From Halocafeteria seosinensis (taxonomy: Eukaryota), in NCBI GenBank assembly GCA_001687465.1, contig LVLI01000233.1, forward strand, positions 62,001 to 126,000: 64,000 nucleotides of DNA, read 5' to 3'. The notes beneath the pieces were generated by a model. That model was not told the origin of the DNA. It did no database searches and saw only the letters and a program-made list of their open reading frames with translations. Positions 25,263 through 37,261 of this stretch are shown here, one piece after another; the stretch's first letter is position 1; every line of letters starts with the position of its first letter. The position numbers and the translations under genes were made by a program.

Positions 25263-26337
25263 TATATGGTTGACGGTATGTTCCATTCCGGGCCAGTGTT
25301 TATGTTAGCTAAAGGGTGGACTGTGACTATCAGGGTCGGAATGTTGCTGTGGTTGAACGGCAGTGGATCACGTTCTAAAAGCTTTTGACTTCTGCTCATT
25401 TGCCAGTAACACTTTGGAACCTACCCCTACAAGTTCGAGTTCTTGCATTGGTAGCCCGCAACAAATGATTGGTAGAGTTAGGCCCTTCTAAACAGACTGC
25501 CTGAGTGAGTGCTATACCCATGAGCTGCCTACGGTTTCTAATAGCGTAGGTTTTAGGCTGGACCGGGGTGTTGAAACTGAACTTAAATGACCAATAAACC
25601 CGCCCCCATGAAGTTCAGCTTGAAATAGAACTGTGTATTGAACTCTACACTGTATATAAGCTTTTGTCGTAAGCATAAATGGAACTATGCATAGTGTAAG
25701 TTACATTTTCCATATGAGTCGGCACTGCGGCTGAACAACAAGGGTAACCACTTTAATGCGAACTTCAGTGCGAACTCACCAGTAGCAACTACTGAGTACC
25801 TTGCCAGTACGTGGTACTAAGCGCAAACGAGTCGCGTCACGGAATGCTTGCTCACATAAAATTGACCTGAGAAGCTCAGTCGTCTTTTGGAGAGGTTGAG
25901 TGTGTCATGTGGTGTGGCTAGGCCACCCACGAATGAACCCTACCCAGAACAGAAACACATGCTCACGTTATGGCGCATAATTTATAGAGAGCTTGGCCAG
26001 AATCAGATTCCGAAAGTCTGCCTGTGAACCATGTTTTCCGCAGCCAAGCATGGCTTCGGATACATAACTTTCTCGCGGCAAGAACCTTGTACCAAACGAG
26101 TCGAGTTATACATTTGTACCACTGATGCGAGGATTTGTTACAGATCAAAAACTTATCATCAGAAACGTCTTTTCCCATTAAACTCTTTTTCCTGAGCAAG
26201 TTGTGATTTTTAGGGTCAAACGAAAGCTTGCATTTTGCTCGCAAGTAAAGCCTAAGATCCGCAGAATTTTCTCGAACCTGAAACAGCAAGTTTCTCGACA
26301 GCTGAGGGTACCACGCTGCATTCTCGAGAAGGCAAGG

Positions 26338-28053
26338 ATGATGAAACAATCTGCCCTCAGGAGCAGTACTGGAGACTCATCGTTGCGAGGCTCGAGTGGC
26401 GGGTCGATTGGGTTAGAGTCGGGGAGGTGGGACTCGCTGTCACTCGGCCAGAGCGACAGTCTGGACGATGGGTTTGTCCCAGCTACAAACAGCAATGTCG
26501 TCGGCTGTACACCAGTTGAAGAGTTTCTGAGGGCCGCCTCTTCTGGCTCGTTAATGTATGATAATCACGGGAGTTATGGGTCTGATAAAATTGGGAAATG
26601 GCTTCGCCAGTTTAGTGGCAGTTCGTTGGCTTTAGATTGCGCTTACTGGGAGAGTTCGGTTGACGCCTTCGTGGAGCAATACCGCAGTAGCTCCGATGGA
26701 CTCAGAAACATAAGCGATGGTTCCTTTAGCTTTTACTGTTCCAATCAAGATGGTGAGAACGAAGGCTCTGCTAAGTCTGGAGATTCACTCCCCCTGGAAA
26801 TCGGCGACGTCCGTTCAGGGTCGCCCTTGTTTGATGATAGTGTGGAGAACTGCATACCCTTCAGCGGAATTCCCACGGATATTCAATCTGCTGCTGCCTC
26901 AAAAGTTCCAAGTGGGAAACGACCACCGGACGACTTGGTCTGCGATGAATCGGGTGGGAAGCACCAACGTCTCGCTGAAGAATCAGAAGAACCGTGGCTG
27001 GAACATGATCTCTCGGGTCATCTATATCAGGAACCGGTGGTGAATGGTTCCACGACGTCAAAACCGCTGGAGCTTCGACTGAATCTTACCGATAGTTGGT
27101 ACCAAGAACTTGCTCGGTGTAGTGCCTATTTCGAGAACGTTCTAGTTGAAATTGTGAAGGATTTCAGAGAGGAACAACCCAGGTTCTTTGCTCAGAACGG
27201 CAAAGGTAAGACTGCTGGTGACATGAAAATACCGACAGTGCGAGAAATGTGGCTTGAAGAGAAGAGCGGTGCACCTTCACAGCTCGTCATCAAAATTCAG
27301 CGCAAACCTAAGAATCCCTCAGATACTGAAGGTTGGTTGCCCACGTCTAAGGGACATGGAGGGTTCCCGTTTCAATTCCGAGTTACCCTTCGTCCGGCAA
27401 ACAAGAGCTTTACATCCTTCCCCACCATGATTCATACAAAGCAGTCGCTGAAGCAGACCACGCGAGCTACCTCCACGGTAAAGTTCAATAGACCAAAGAG
27501 AAATCGAGAAGGCCATGAAACAGCGGAGAGAATTCCAAGTGCCCTCAAAGTATCCACAACTACTTCCCAGTTTCTACCGGGGCACGGTCTTCCCCAGGTG
27601 GTGTTTCAAGAGTACCTTAACGAGAGCGGGAATTGCCGCTCCGAAGACATAGTGGTTATGCTGCGCCTTTCACAGAGAGCCAAGGAGGCAATTTCAGCAT
27701 ACAGTAACGTAGCGGACGGTTTAGATGTCCGACTCGTGAAAGATGATGCTGATGTGCCAGTCGAACCAGAATACTTTGACGTTGACACCGAGCTTATTAA
27801 AGTTGCAAGACCTTGCGTAACTCAAGTGTCGCTTCACAACGGAATCTTAACCGTCTACATCAAACGTAAAGGACAAGGGAAAAATAATTCGAAGTCTCTC
27901 CCTCTGTCGAAGTGTCATGGAGGATTTCCATTCCGGTTTTGCTTCCGAATTCGTGATGTACATGTACATCATGATTATGTTGAAACGGTGAGTTCGCAAC
28001 CTGTAGAGGTCCGGTCAAAGCAACCAAAGGCTCAGCAACGTCGTCCGAAGTGA
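26338..28053 (+). CDS. Putative transcription factor, family member 2 (two domains, ~27004-27443 and ~27577-28023)
   Basis: Uninterrupted ORF (open from 26203; first likely Met at 26338) with two copies of the HGGFPF domain and a basic tail QQRRPK. Confidence 0.8.
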   Translation: MMKQSALRSSTGDSSLRGSSGGSIGLESGRWDSLSLGQSDSLDDGFVPATNSNVVGCTPVEEFLRAASSGSLMYDNHGSYGSDKIGKWLRQFSGSSLALDCAYWESSVDAFVEQYRSSSDGLRNISDGSFSFYCSNQDGENEGSAKSGDSLPLEIGDVRSGSPLFDDSVENCIPFSGIPTDIQSAAASKVPSGKRPPDDLVCDESGGKHQRLAEESEEPWLEHDLSGHLYQEPVVNGSTTSKPLELRLNLTDSWYQELARCSAYFENVLVEIVKDFREEQPRFFAQNGKGKTAGDMKIPTVREMWLEEKSGAPSQLVIKIQRKPKNPSDTEGWLPTSKGHGGFPFQFRVTLRPANKSFTSFPTMIHTKQSLKQTTRATSTVKFNRPKRNREGHETAERIPSALKVSTTTSQFLPGHGLPQVVFQEYLNESGNCRSEDIVVMLRLSQRAKEAISAYSNVADGLDVRLVKDDADVPVEPEYFDVDTELIKVARPCVTQVSLHNGILTVYIKRKGQGKNNSKSLPLSKCHGGFPFRFCFRIRDVHVHHDYVETVSSQPVEVRSKQPKAQQRRPK

Positions 28054-28719
28054 TAGGAGACATACACTGAAATTAAGAGCTTCGCAATCTTTGATTTGGG
28101 TGTTGCTACAGTATTATTGCGTTCGCCACATTGTTGGCACCGTTGGCATCCAAAGATGCGAACCGCGAATGCACACATACGTATCCGACCACTCTATGAA
28201 ATAACAGAATGTATAATTCATGGCTTACCGGCTGAATATTCAAATGGACCACGACTACATGCATGCACCGTGAAGACACTGTTCAAGACAAACAAGGCTA
28301 CAACAGTAGGCAGCAGCTCAAATCTCCACAAAAGGAGTGCGTCACACCCATTAAGTCTAGTCCAATTCTATGAATGCACGTTCTTTTAGTCCCCTTTACA
28401 ACCAGTAGAATAAACATCCTCGTGCTACACACTGTGTAACACACACTGTATACCCCTCCATCCCAGGGTGGTACAACGAGTGTATGCGGCAGTTCACTGC
28501 CGCTTGTTCCGACTCCGCGTGAAAGTGCAATGCCTCTCGACACGACTAGGTTCTCGTTACTATAGTGAGTGACCCCAGTGTCGTAATTCTAGGAATGAGT
28601 GTAGTGCCTTGTTTTTAGGAATTCTCAGAACGGCTGGATCTCGGCAATGTGGAGGCCTGTGACCCTTGCAAGTAGCTAAAGGTGGTATCCGAAGCGTGTA
28701 TAGGCTGTATAAAAAGACA

Positions 28720-31700
28720 ATGGCCTCCAATTTCTTTGAATCCTCTATGGCATCGGGCGAATCAGCCCTTCAGAAAGTCAATGTAAGGCCTGCAACAAGC
28801 GAAGCAGCACTTGGGATTGAGCTTCACGACTCACACTTCGCATCTGCAGGCTCCCAAAGCGTATAAACAGAGCCGCCAGGCGATTTCGGCGGCATTCACA
28901 GCCGCCGCTGGGCTCGGTGGAGCTGCCATGAGTTTGCTGAAACTAGACATTGTTCGGGACTTTGCACAAAATGTAGCGCTGTTCTTCTCCACCATAGCAG
29001 CCAAAGCGCTGCAGCTGGCTCGGGAGACGTTTGGCCGAGTTTTTGGGGTGATCTCCATTGACCTCAACATGGTCTACAACAAGATCAATCCGTTCTATGT
29101 TATAGTCGCGCTTGGAATTTTGACCGTTATCTTGGTCATTACGTTCATCGCACTGTACTGCCTTTCCCGTAAGATGAATCCGGATGATATCCGACAGGTA
29201 CGATTCTTAACAAGGCCGTGCTGGAGAAATGCGTTCAAAACTAAGGTTTAACATTGTTTCAGGGTCATGAAGTTATCAAATGGGACGAGCGGAAAGAAGA
29301 TCAAAATATCCGGGTGTCGTTCATTAAGTATGGCCTTCTGGCTGGAACTTCCCTGTACCTTCCAGTCTCCCGAGCTCTGGCAGCGCTTGTCCGCTGTAAT
29401 CCCCAAATGATTCGGGTAAGTCAAACTTGTGACCAGACTTTGAGGGACTTCCTTCATCTTCTACTCTTGTCGCTCACATCAGGTGCTTGTTCAAGATGAG
29501 TTCCTGCAAGTGGAAGACGTCATCAACGCAAGTTCCAGTTGTCAAAATCTCACTATGGCCCTAAACGATGGAGCATCTGATTCCGATATCATCAACAATG
29601 AACGAAAAGATGTCAGTTTTGAGGACTGCAACTGCACAGATTGGAGTAAGTGTGGCTTTTCTTCTGGAATGCAGCACTCTCTTGGCATGCTCTTGCATGA
29701 CTCGCTTCGGCTGCAGAACCGTATACTATTGCGAGAGCAGTTGGTGCTGTGCTCATACTTCTATTCACTGTCGGATTTCCCGTGTATTGCATCTGGCTTA
29801 TCAAGAAGAACAAACCGTACGGCAGTCCTGAGGATCCCGAAAAATGCTACGACGAGGAAGGTAACCTCGTGGAATACACTGATGACCGGTAAGCCCCTTC
29901 GGCAGAAATTTCCAATCCATTTTTGGAAAATGCGGTCGCTCTTTCTAACATGTGATGCAGATATCAAGATGATTTGAAAAACGACCCAAATCAGCTTAAT
30001 TGCCCTTATCTGACACTGTAAGAGTCATTGTAGATGGGAGGCGTATTTGCACATTGAGTCGGTAGCATACACGCACATGCAGATACGACGGGTATGAGAG
30101 AAAATGGTCGTTTTACAAAGTTTGGGTGATGGCAACCAAATTCCTCCTCGTAGCTCCGACGATTATTTGGTTTCAATACCCATTGAGGCAGTCCATTTCC
30201 AGTGCCGTGGTAATTGGCGTTTTGAGCGGCTTCTCCTTTCTTTCCACCCCATTTATTGACCCTACCGGTAGGTCTAGCTTATCTAAACAGGTTGCGCTGG
30301 ACATTTCGTTGAAGATTTGTGAGCCTTCCTTGCAGATGATTTCTTGGACGCTGCGGGAAGAGTCACTAGTTTACTGACAATTTTATCTAGTTTAGGCTCA
30401 TCGTACTACTCCGGAGGAGCTCTCTCTGCTATAGTAATGGTGGCCAACTCTATCAATGCAGTTGTGATGGTTCTGGGAATCCTATGGGGAATATCCAAGG
30501 TTCGTTCTGTGCTGAAGAGTGTCACAGGCCAGCTCCAGTTTAGCGATAGTGTAAGGAAGATAGTCGGCTCGGCTAAGCGTATCATCCCCCATTGGGACAT
30601 TGCGTCGGAGCTGAAGCGGCGTATCTGGCACCCGTTTTGGGAATCGGTCCTACTCGAGGAAGGTGAGGTTTATGCTCGGCGTCTAACAGAGATGCAGCAA
30701 CAAGCCAGAGACACTGGAAAGAAACGAATTCTTGAGCATTGGAAGAATGGTGCTGTTCCTGAAATCAATAAAGTGCGCCAGCGTCTGATGGAGGAACACG
30801 AAGGAGTCGACGTTTACTTTTCTGGGGTATGTGCTAACTAACCGTAACTTGTGTCACAGTGTGTTAACATAGACCGTCGAATCCTTCTGCAGGAGACCCA
30901 TGACGGAGACCTTGATAGCAGCACGTGCTTTGGCAAGATGTATATTGTAAACTATCCTTTTCACGCTGTTATGGTCTACGATGACAGTGATGACTACACC
31001 TTTATCTGGGAAGGTAGGCATCGCTGATCTTCTAGTTGCTGTCACTCGAATAACACGTTATCTCCAAATACTGCTGCTGTGCAGATCGCACGACAAGTCT
31101 CCTGGAACAAAATGAAGACGAAGAAATCCAACGACGAAGAACAGTTCGAGAAAAGCTCCGAGGCCTGTGCGGTCCTGACCTTGGTTATGGACCCACTCTT
31201 ACTTTTCATTTAGAGAGGTGGGAAACGCATCAAGTGCCAGATGGCGTCGAAGAATACAAAGATAGCGAGGGCAACATCCAAACTAGACAAAGATACTCCA
31301 GCGTTGAGGTGCTGATGAGGTATTCTCAAGGCAATCTCGCTATAGGGATGAATTATGATCTTTCGATGCAAGCAGGTTTTAAGTTCGCTTTGCACCTGGT
31401 AGATGGCTCAGGGACAGCTGTTGCTCCCAACACTGGGGAAAGCTACACCGTGCATAATCAAGTGACACTTGGTAGAGAGGAGATAGGAATCGACAATCAG
31501 TACGTTTCCTGTCTACAGTTCCGCCAGTGATAGGGTATGGTATAATGGTGGTAACAAGAAGTGCAGGTTTAACGAGTGCGATGCACTTCGCCAGCTTTTC
31601 GAAAACAGTCCCAATGACGACATTTGGCCGCAGGGTCTGGAGCGCTGGCAGTCTCGAGTGCGTGAATATAGGACAAGTTTGATGCGTGAACGCTGCAAAG

Positions 31701-32674
31701 AGGAGAGCATTTTGAGCTCCGCATTTTGGTTACATATTTACGACAACGATACTGCAACTCGGGAGGAAATCGAGGCATATTTCAAGAAGTTTGAAGCTCG
31801 AGATAAGGTTAAATCGATTCCGGCAAGACATCAATCTGGACTCGACTACCTCTTGAATAAGATGACTTGGGTGAACAAGCATCCGTGTGCTGCAATTTGG
31901 TAAGTTCTCTACGCATGATTACTGTTTAGTTATCCGCTGTGGAACATCATGTTTGGATGTAAGAGACAGGTATGTATTCTTTGATGATTTATGGGAAACG
32001 AATAATGAAGTTGGTAAAATAGCCGATCTTCAGGAAGACCTGGATCCTACGTAAGTTTGTGCATCGCGTCGATGTCTTTTGGACGTCTTATCGAGGCTGT
32101 GCACGCTTTCAGTGAAGAACACTCGATCGCGTTTCGCCCTATGAAACGAGAGCGACTGGAAGAATGGTTGGATGAACGCGGCCTCAAATCTGGCTATCGG
32201 TGGCTAACTCCCAAAACCCTGAATATATTGTACAATTTGGTAAGCTCGGTGTGCAAGGCTTCGGTTTGCGAAGTAGCACGGAGAGTACATGTATCAATGC
32301 AGCTCGACCAGACGGATGAAGACTATCGCAAATTCGACGACGAATTGCGGCAAGTAGAGGACGAGGAAGGAGAAACAGAGGAAGTCCGTGGAAAGCGTGC
32401 ATCCGATGTGGGTCGTCAGTATTCCTCAACGGTTCAATGTGCCTATAGCGTGCGGCGGAACACGCCAACCAACAGAGTCGTCCGCCAGAGTCTAAAGTCG
32501 ATGCAGGAAGGGCATGTACGCAATATTGCAAACTACTCGGACGGCGCTTATATCCCAGAGCATGTCGAGGGTGATCAGTTTCCTTCGGAAGCTACGAATG
32601 CTCCAGCAGATAGTGATCTTACAGTTCCACTAGCGCAAGCTGGTTCTGACAACAATGCTTACGGATCTGTGTAG
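28720..32674 (+). CDS. Uncharacterised multi-pass membrane protein (many exons)
   Basis: Chain of + ORFs linked by GT-AG introns, with several hydrophobic helices (VIVALGILTVILVITFIALY, SSAVVIGVLSGFSF, ALSAIVMVANSINAVVMVLGILW) and a long soluble C-terminus. TATA-like tataaaaa just upstream of the ATG. Confidence 0.7.
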
Positions 32675-33365
32675 CTCTCAGATCGGACTCAAGCCTCTGG
32701 ACTTTCACAGAATTAAAATACATTCTAAGAAGCCATTAGCTACGACGATAATATTGTACCCTTACCTACAAAGGTAGGAGTAACTTCCTTACACAAACGA
32801 GTCACGTTCAACTGCCCGCACTTGGCTCCCTTGCTGCTCGGGTTTGTGTTGTGAAGCTGAGTACGATCCTGGTGCCGTACCAAGTACACTCATCTTATAT
32901 CGAGTAAGTAAGCAAGGCTTGATATGAAAGGTGAATGGCAAATTTTAACAGAGCTATTTTGCTTGTGGTTTATTTGCTGATAGAGAGTGTGTCGATGTAT
33001 AAAGGCATATCGTTTCAAAATAGAGGTGTATACCATACATCCTACCCTCACCCTCACACAGGAAGAAAATTCATTCTGACGGCTACCACTGTAGAGACTC
33101 TTGCTAGCAGCATTGTTCACTACAATATCGTTTGCTGATTACATGAATACTGAAGGCTATAACATAGAGGAAAAACACGGCCTGGACTAGAGCGTCTGGA
33201 TCCTGGAGCTTCTGCCTGCAGCGAAAGAAAACTCTCTGAACCCTCAGGGAACTGCTCTGAATCAGCCATAACAGAAACGATAACAAAGCATTCTGTTGAT
33301 CGTAACGAAATCTACGAAATATTTTCGATTATTTAGCACTGTATCCAACCGGAAGCCAAGGCGAA

Positions 33366-35228
33366 ATGGCTCATCTGCGTATGCCGAGTACCTCCACCTT
33401 AGGAGCAGCGATGCGAGAGCCATGTGATTTTCCGGACGGCCTCCGCAGCGACAGCTGGGGCTGGAGCTGCGTGTACGATTCTCCTCCAGACTCACTTAAG
33501 ACCGAATACCCCTGTTGTGCTGTTGGACTGAGTCCTGTCGACTCCGCGGATTCCGGGTCTGCATTGAGCATGTGTGTGCGGTGGACCGGCTCTGACGTTT
33601 CTTTACGAACGATCAGTCGTGTTTCGGACAAGGGTGAATTTGATATGCAGCTTAGCTACCATCCAGAGCACAGGGAAATGGTTGTTAGCGAATGCTCCCC
33701 CAGCAAGCAGACTTTGGCAGATCTAGAAGCAGCTTCCCCGTATCGTCCCAGTCCGAGACGCTCGGATAACGTCCGTCAATCTTCGCGGGAAGCAGAGCGA
33801 TGTTTACGCTCTACTTTCTATGGACATTACAGTACTGAAGCGAGCGGTCTTATTCCGGACCCGCACAATTCAACTACAGAGAGTGGTACCATAACTCATC
33901 GAAAAAGAAGCAGCACGTCATGTAGTGATGAGTATGAACGAAGGGGATGCAAAAGGCGCCGGACAACGCACGAAATCACTGACGATTCAACTGATACGGA
34001 ATCGGACACTGATGAGACAGAAACTCATATTGTTTCCGCTCCTGCTAAGTATTCGTTTTGCGAGGGCGAGCCAACAAGAGTAACTGACATGCCTGAGCAA
34101 ATATATCAGGAACCCCTTGTGAACGGCTCCATTAATTCTAAACCTCTAGAGATTCGACTTATCCTATCAAAGCGGTGGGAGCAGCTACTTGCGTCATGTA
34201 CAGACTATGCCAAAGAAGTTTCACTAGTAACTGTTAAAGCTGAGAGACGTCATGAAGAGCCAAGGTATTTCGTCGGAGACGGTAAAGGAATGCCAGCTAG
34301 TCAGCTGGGACGACCAACAATTCGGGAGATGTATCTGGATAGACGGAAGGGAGAACCTTCTCAACTTGTCGTGATGGTACAGCGAAAGCCAAAGAACACC
34401 TCGACAAAGACCCACGGTTGGTTGCCTACGTCCAACAGCCAGGGTGGTTTCCCCTTCCTCTTTCGTTTTACCCTCCGTAGTAGCAAGGAAATTGTGGATT
34501 CCCGTCCCGTTTTTATAGATACTAAGCAATCTCCCAATCGTGCTAGGGAACCCGCTTCATGCAGGAAGTCTACAAACGTCCCCAATCGGGAACGACCCAC
34601 GTTTGTTCCCGGGTATAAATGCCCTCATCAATTCTTCCTGAAGAACCTTAACAAGTATGGAAGCTCTGACGAAGATATGTTTGTTCGCGGATACGGCTTT
34701 CCTCGTCGATTGTTCCAGGAGTATAGAAACCCTGATGGAAGCTCTGGCTCCGAAGACATTGTCATCAAGCTAAAACTTTCCGCAGACGCAATGAAAGCTA
34801 TGCAAGCCTGTCGTTGTCCAAAAGAGTGCCTCCATGTCCGTCTCGTGAAAGATGATCAAGAGGAACCTGTTGAACCCGAGTACTTCGACTCAGAAACCCG
34901 TTCAATCAAGGTTGCAAGGCCGTGCGTCACGAGTGTCATCTATCTTGATGGAATTTTAACAGTAACCATAAAAAGGAAGGGACAAGGTAAAAATAATCCA
35001 AAGTCGCTTCCTTTGACAAACTGCCATGGTGGCTTTCCCTTCCGATTTTGCTTCATCATTGTGGATACTGTCGATACCAAAAATAAGGGCGAAAACTGTA
35101 ATCAGGATGCCGTTGTTCACAAACACACAGTTGTTCAAGTGATCCGTTCTCAACCGGTGAAAATATTTTCGAAGCAAGCGAACCCTAAAAAGTCAGTGGG
35201 AAGAACGGGAAGAAAACGAATATCTTAG
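33366..35228 (+). CDS. Putative transcription factor, family member 3 (two domains, ~34086-34530 and ~34689-35177)
   Basis: Uninterrupted 620-aa ORF with NLS-like RKR/KRRR, two domain copies closely paralogous to those of member 2, and a basic tail GRKRIS. Confidence 0.8.
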   Translation: MAHLRMPSTSTLGAAMREPCDFPDGLRSDSWGWSCVYDSPPDSLKTEYPCCAVGLSPVDSADSGSALSMCVRWTGSDVSLRTISRVSDKGEFDMQLSYHPEHREMVVSECSPSKQTLADLEAASPYRPSPRRSDNVRQSSREAERCLRSTFYGHYSTEASGLIPDPHNSTTESGTITHRKRSSTSCSDEYERRGCKRRRTTHEITDDSTDTESDTDETETHIVSAPAKYSFCEGEPTRVTDMPEQIYQEPLVNGSINSKPLEIRLILSKRWEQLLASCTDYAKEVSLVTVKAERRHEEPRYFVGDGKGMPASQLGRPTIREMYLDRRKGEPSQLVVMVQRKPKNTSTKTHGWLPTSNSQGGFPFLFRFTLRSSKEIVDSRPVFIDTKQSPNRAREPASCRKSTNVPNRERPTFVPGYKCPHQFFLKNLNKYGSSDEDMFVRGYGFPRRLFQEYRNPDGSSGSEDIVIKLKLSADAMKAMQACRCPKECLHVRLVKDDQEEPVEPEYFDSETRSIKVARPCVTSVIYLDGILTVTIKRKGQGKNNPKSLPLTNCHGGFPFRFCFIIVDTVDTKNKGENCNQDAVVHKHTVVQVIRSQPVKIFSKQANPKKSVGRTGRKRIS

Positions 35229-35751
35229 AGAGGAGCGAGGGGATTGACCATGACAATGCAAACTGCCGAAGAACGTTTGAACCACTGCGTTCCTCGCTGT
35301 TAGGACAGTGTTAGCAGCCCCAAAGCCAATACTAAAGGATCATGATGGAACATCTACACAAATATAAAATAGCTACATCAATAATAAACCCCTTAATAGT
35401 AGTAAATTAAAGGTTATCTTCGGGAATTCTTCATGTCGTAGCATGTGTCACAGGGTGTGTGTCAGCGTGCCCCTCCTCACGGTCAAGTTGAAGCGTTTTC
35501 CGCATGTCTTTTTGAAGAAAAATATCCCCGCGAAAATGTTCTCATGCGCTCAGAAAGAAGTTGTTGATATGCAGGAAGCTTTCATTTTAGAGTCGGTGGC
35601 GTTTTCCGATCAGGCTAAAATCACAGTGCCACCATAAGACTACACATGTAATTTCGGGAACCGTTTATTCCTTGTTCCCGAGCCTTCGGCATTTTCACAA
35701 CGCCTTGTTCAACAGCGCCGTTGAGCCCTTGTTTGTCCTGTCGTAAGGCCA

Positions 35752-36989
35752 TGGCGCAGGCCTCTCAAAGTGCTATAAGCCATAGAGAGGGAAATATGGA
35801 TGCCAACGAAAACTCTGCCAAGAGATTGAACCCTGATACGCCTCAATTTCGCATGGCATCGATGTCCAGTACTGACTCGGAGCGTCAGTTTGGCAGCCCT
35901 CGGAGCCAGTTTGGGAGGGACATATCAAATGGATACGGGTTTGAGAGGGGTTTAAGTGGTAGTTCAGGTTTCCATTCAAGGATAAGTAGTGAGTTCGATT
36001 ACGGATATGGAAGAAGAGGGAGCATGAGCTCCCAATTCAGCGGTGGAAGCATTGGGCTGCCGAGTGCAAGCGAGGTGAGCTTTGGCAGAAGTATGAGTGA
36101 GAGTTCAAAATTTCCAAGATTTCATAGCGACAATTCTTTCTATAGGACATCGTCAATTGATAGCCTGAATGCTCAAGAGCAGCACACAGTGGAGAGTTTA
36201 GAAATGCTGCGGCAAGCCGCAGGGCACTATTTGCAACCGGCTCCACGGGGCTCAGGAACCCCACAGTTCAGCTCTAGTAAATCATTTGACCCTTACCCAG
36301 CAAGGGGATACGAGGACTCACAGGCTGTCACTGTCACGGGCAAGAGGTACCGAGAGGAGCCAATTCCAGAATCAAAATTCAATCCTTCTGGCGTTTTTGT
36401 TTCAGCAACCTCAGATCCGGGACCAGCAGCGGACGCCGGCTTGCATTCCTCGTCCGAAATTCAGCAAGATGAGGGGGCTTGGTCGGATGTAACGATGGAC
36501 AGAACAATAAGGCATCCGCATTATGATTTTCCTTCACCACTGTACAGAGAATACATTGCACAGAATGGATCGCTGGCATCCGATCCCGTTGAGGTTCGAT
36601 TGATTCTTTCAAAGAAGGCCAGTACTGCTCTTTCGGAATATGAAAATCCTGCAGATGGGTTGTCTGTGACACTTGAGAAGCATATGCGCCAATACGATGA
36701 GCCTGAGTACTACGATGATCAAGACGGCAAGATTAAGACCGCGAAACCATTCATCAAGGCATGTTATTTGCAGCATGCTCCTCCTGGAAGCAGAAACAAC
36801 AAATCACAGCTCATTGTTAAAATACAGCGCAAAGGACCTGTCAATGATAGTGGGAAATCTCTCCCTCTCACCAAGTGTCATGGGAACTTTCGTTTCCGAT
36901 TCCGTTTCAGAATCCACAAGACGGACGAGCAGGTCTTATCGGATCCAATTGAAATCCGATCGAAGCAAACGAGGAAAAAGAATCCATAA
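35752..36989 (+). CDS. Putative transcription factor, family member 4 (one domain, ~36513-36969)
   Basis: Uninterrupted ORF. Domain YREY..NGSLASDPVEVRLILS..KPFI..IQRKG..KSLPLTKCHGNFRFRFRF..SDPIEIRSKQTRKK. Start codon 35752 or 35796. Confidence 0.78.
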
Positions 36990-37261
36990 ACTTTTATTTA
37001 TGTGTCGTGAGTGATCGGGTACTCTTCCCAGCTCCTTGGTCTTTCTACGTGCGACCGCAATTTTTTCGTCGTTCTTGATTTTTTCTTCGTTCTGTAGTGA
37101 GCGAAATGATTGTCGTCTTCAGCTATTCAAGCTTTTTGAGAGTCTTTCTAGACACGTTTACCATGTAATTAGCTACACATTCAGATTGAATTGTACCAGT
37201 ATAAGACACATATATCCATATTGTATTCGTCGGAAAGCTTTTCTATTTCCAGTACAGCAAA

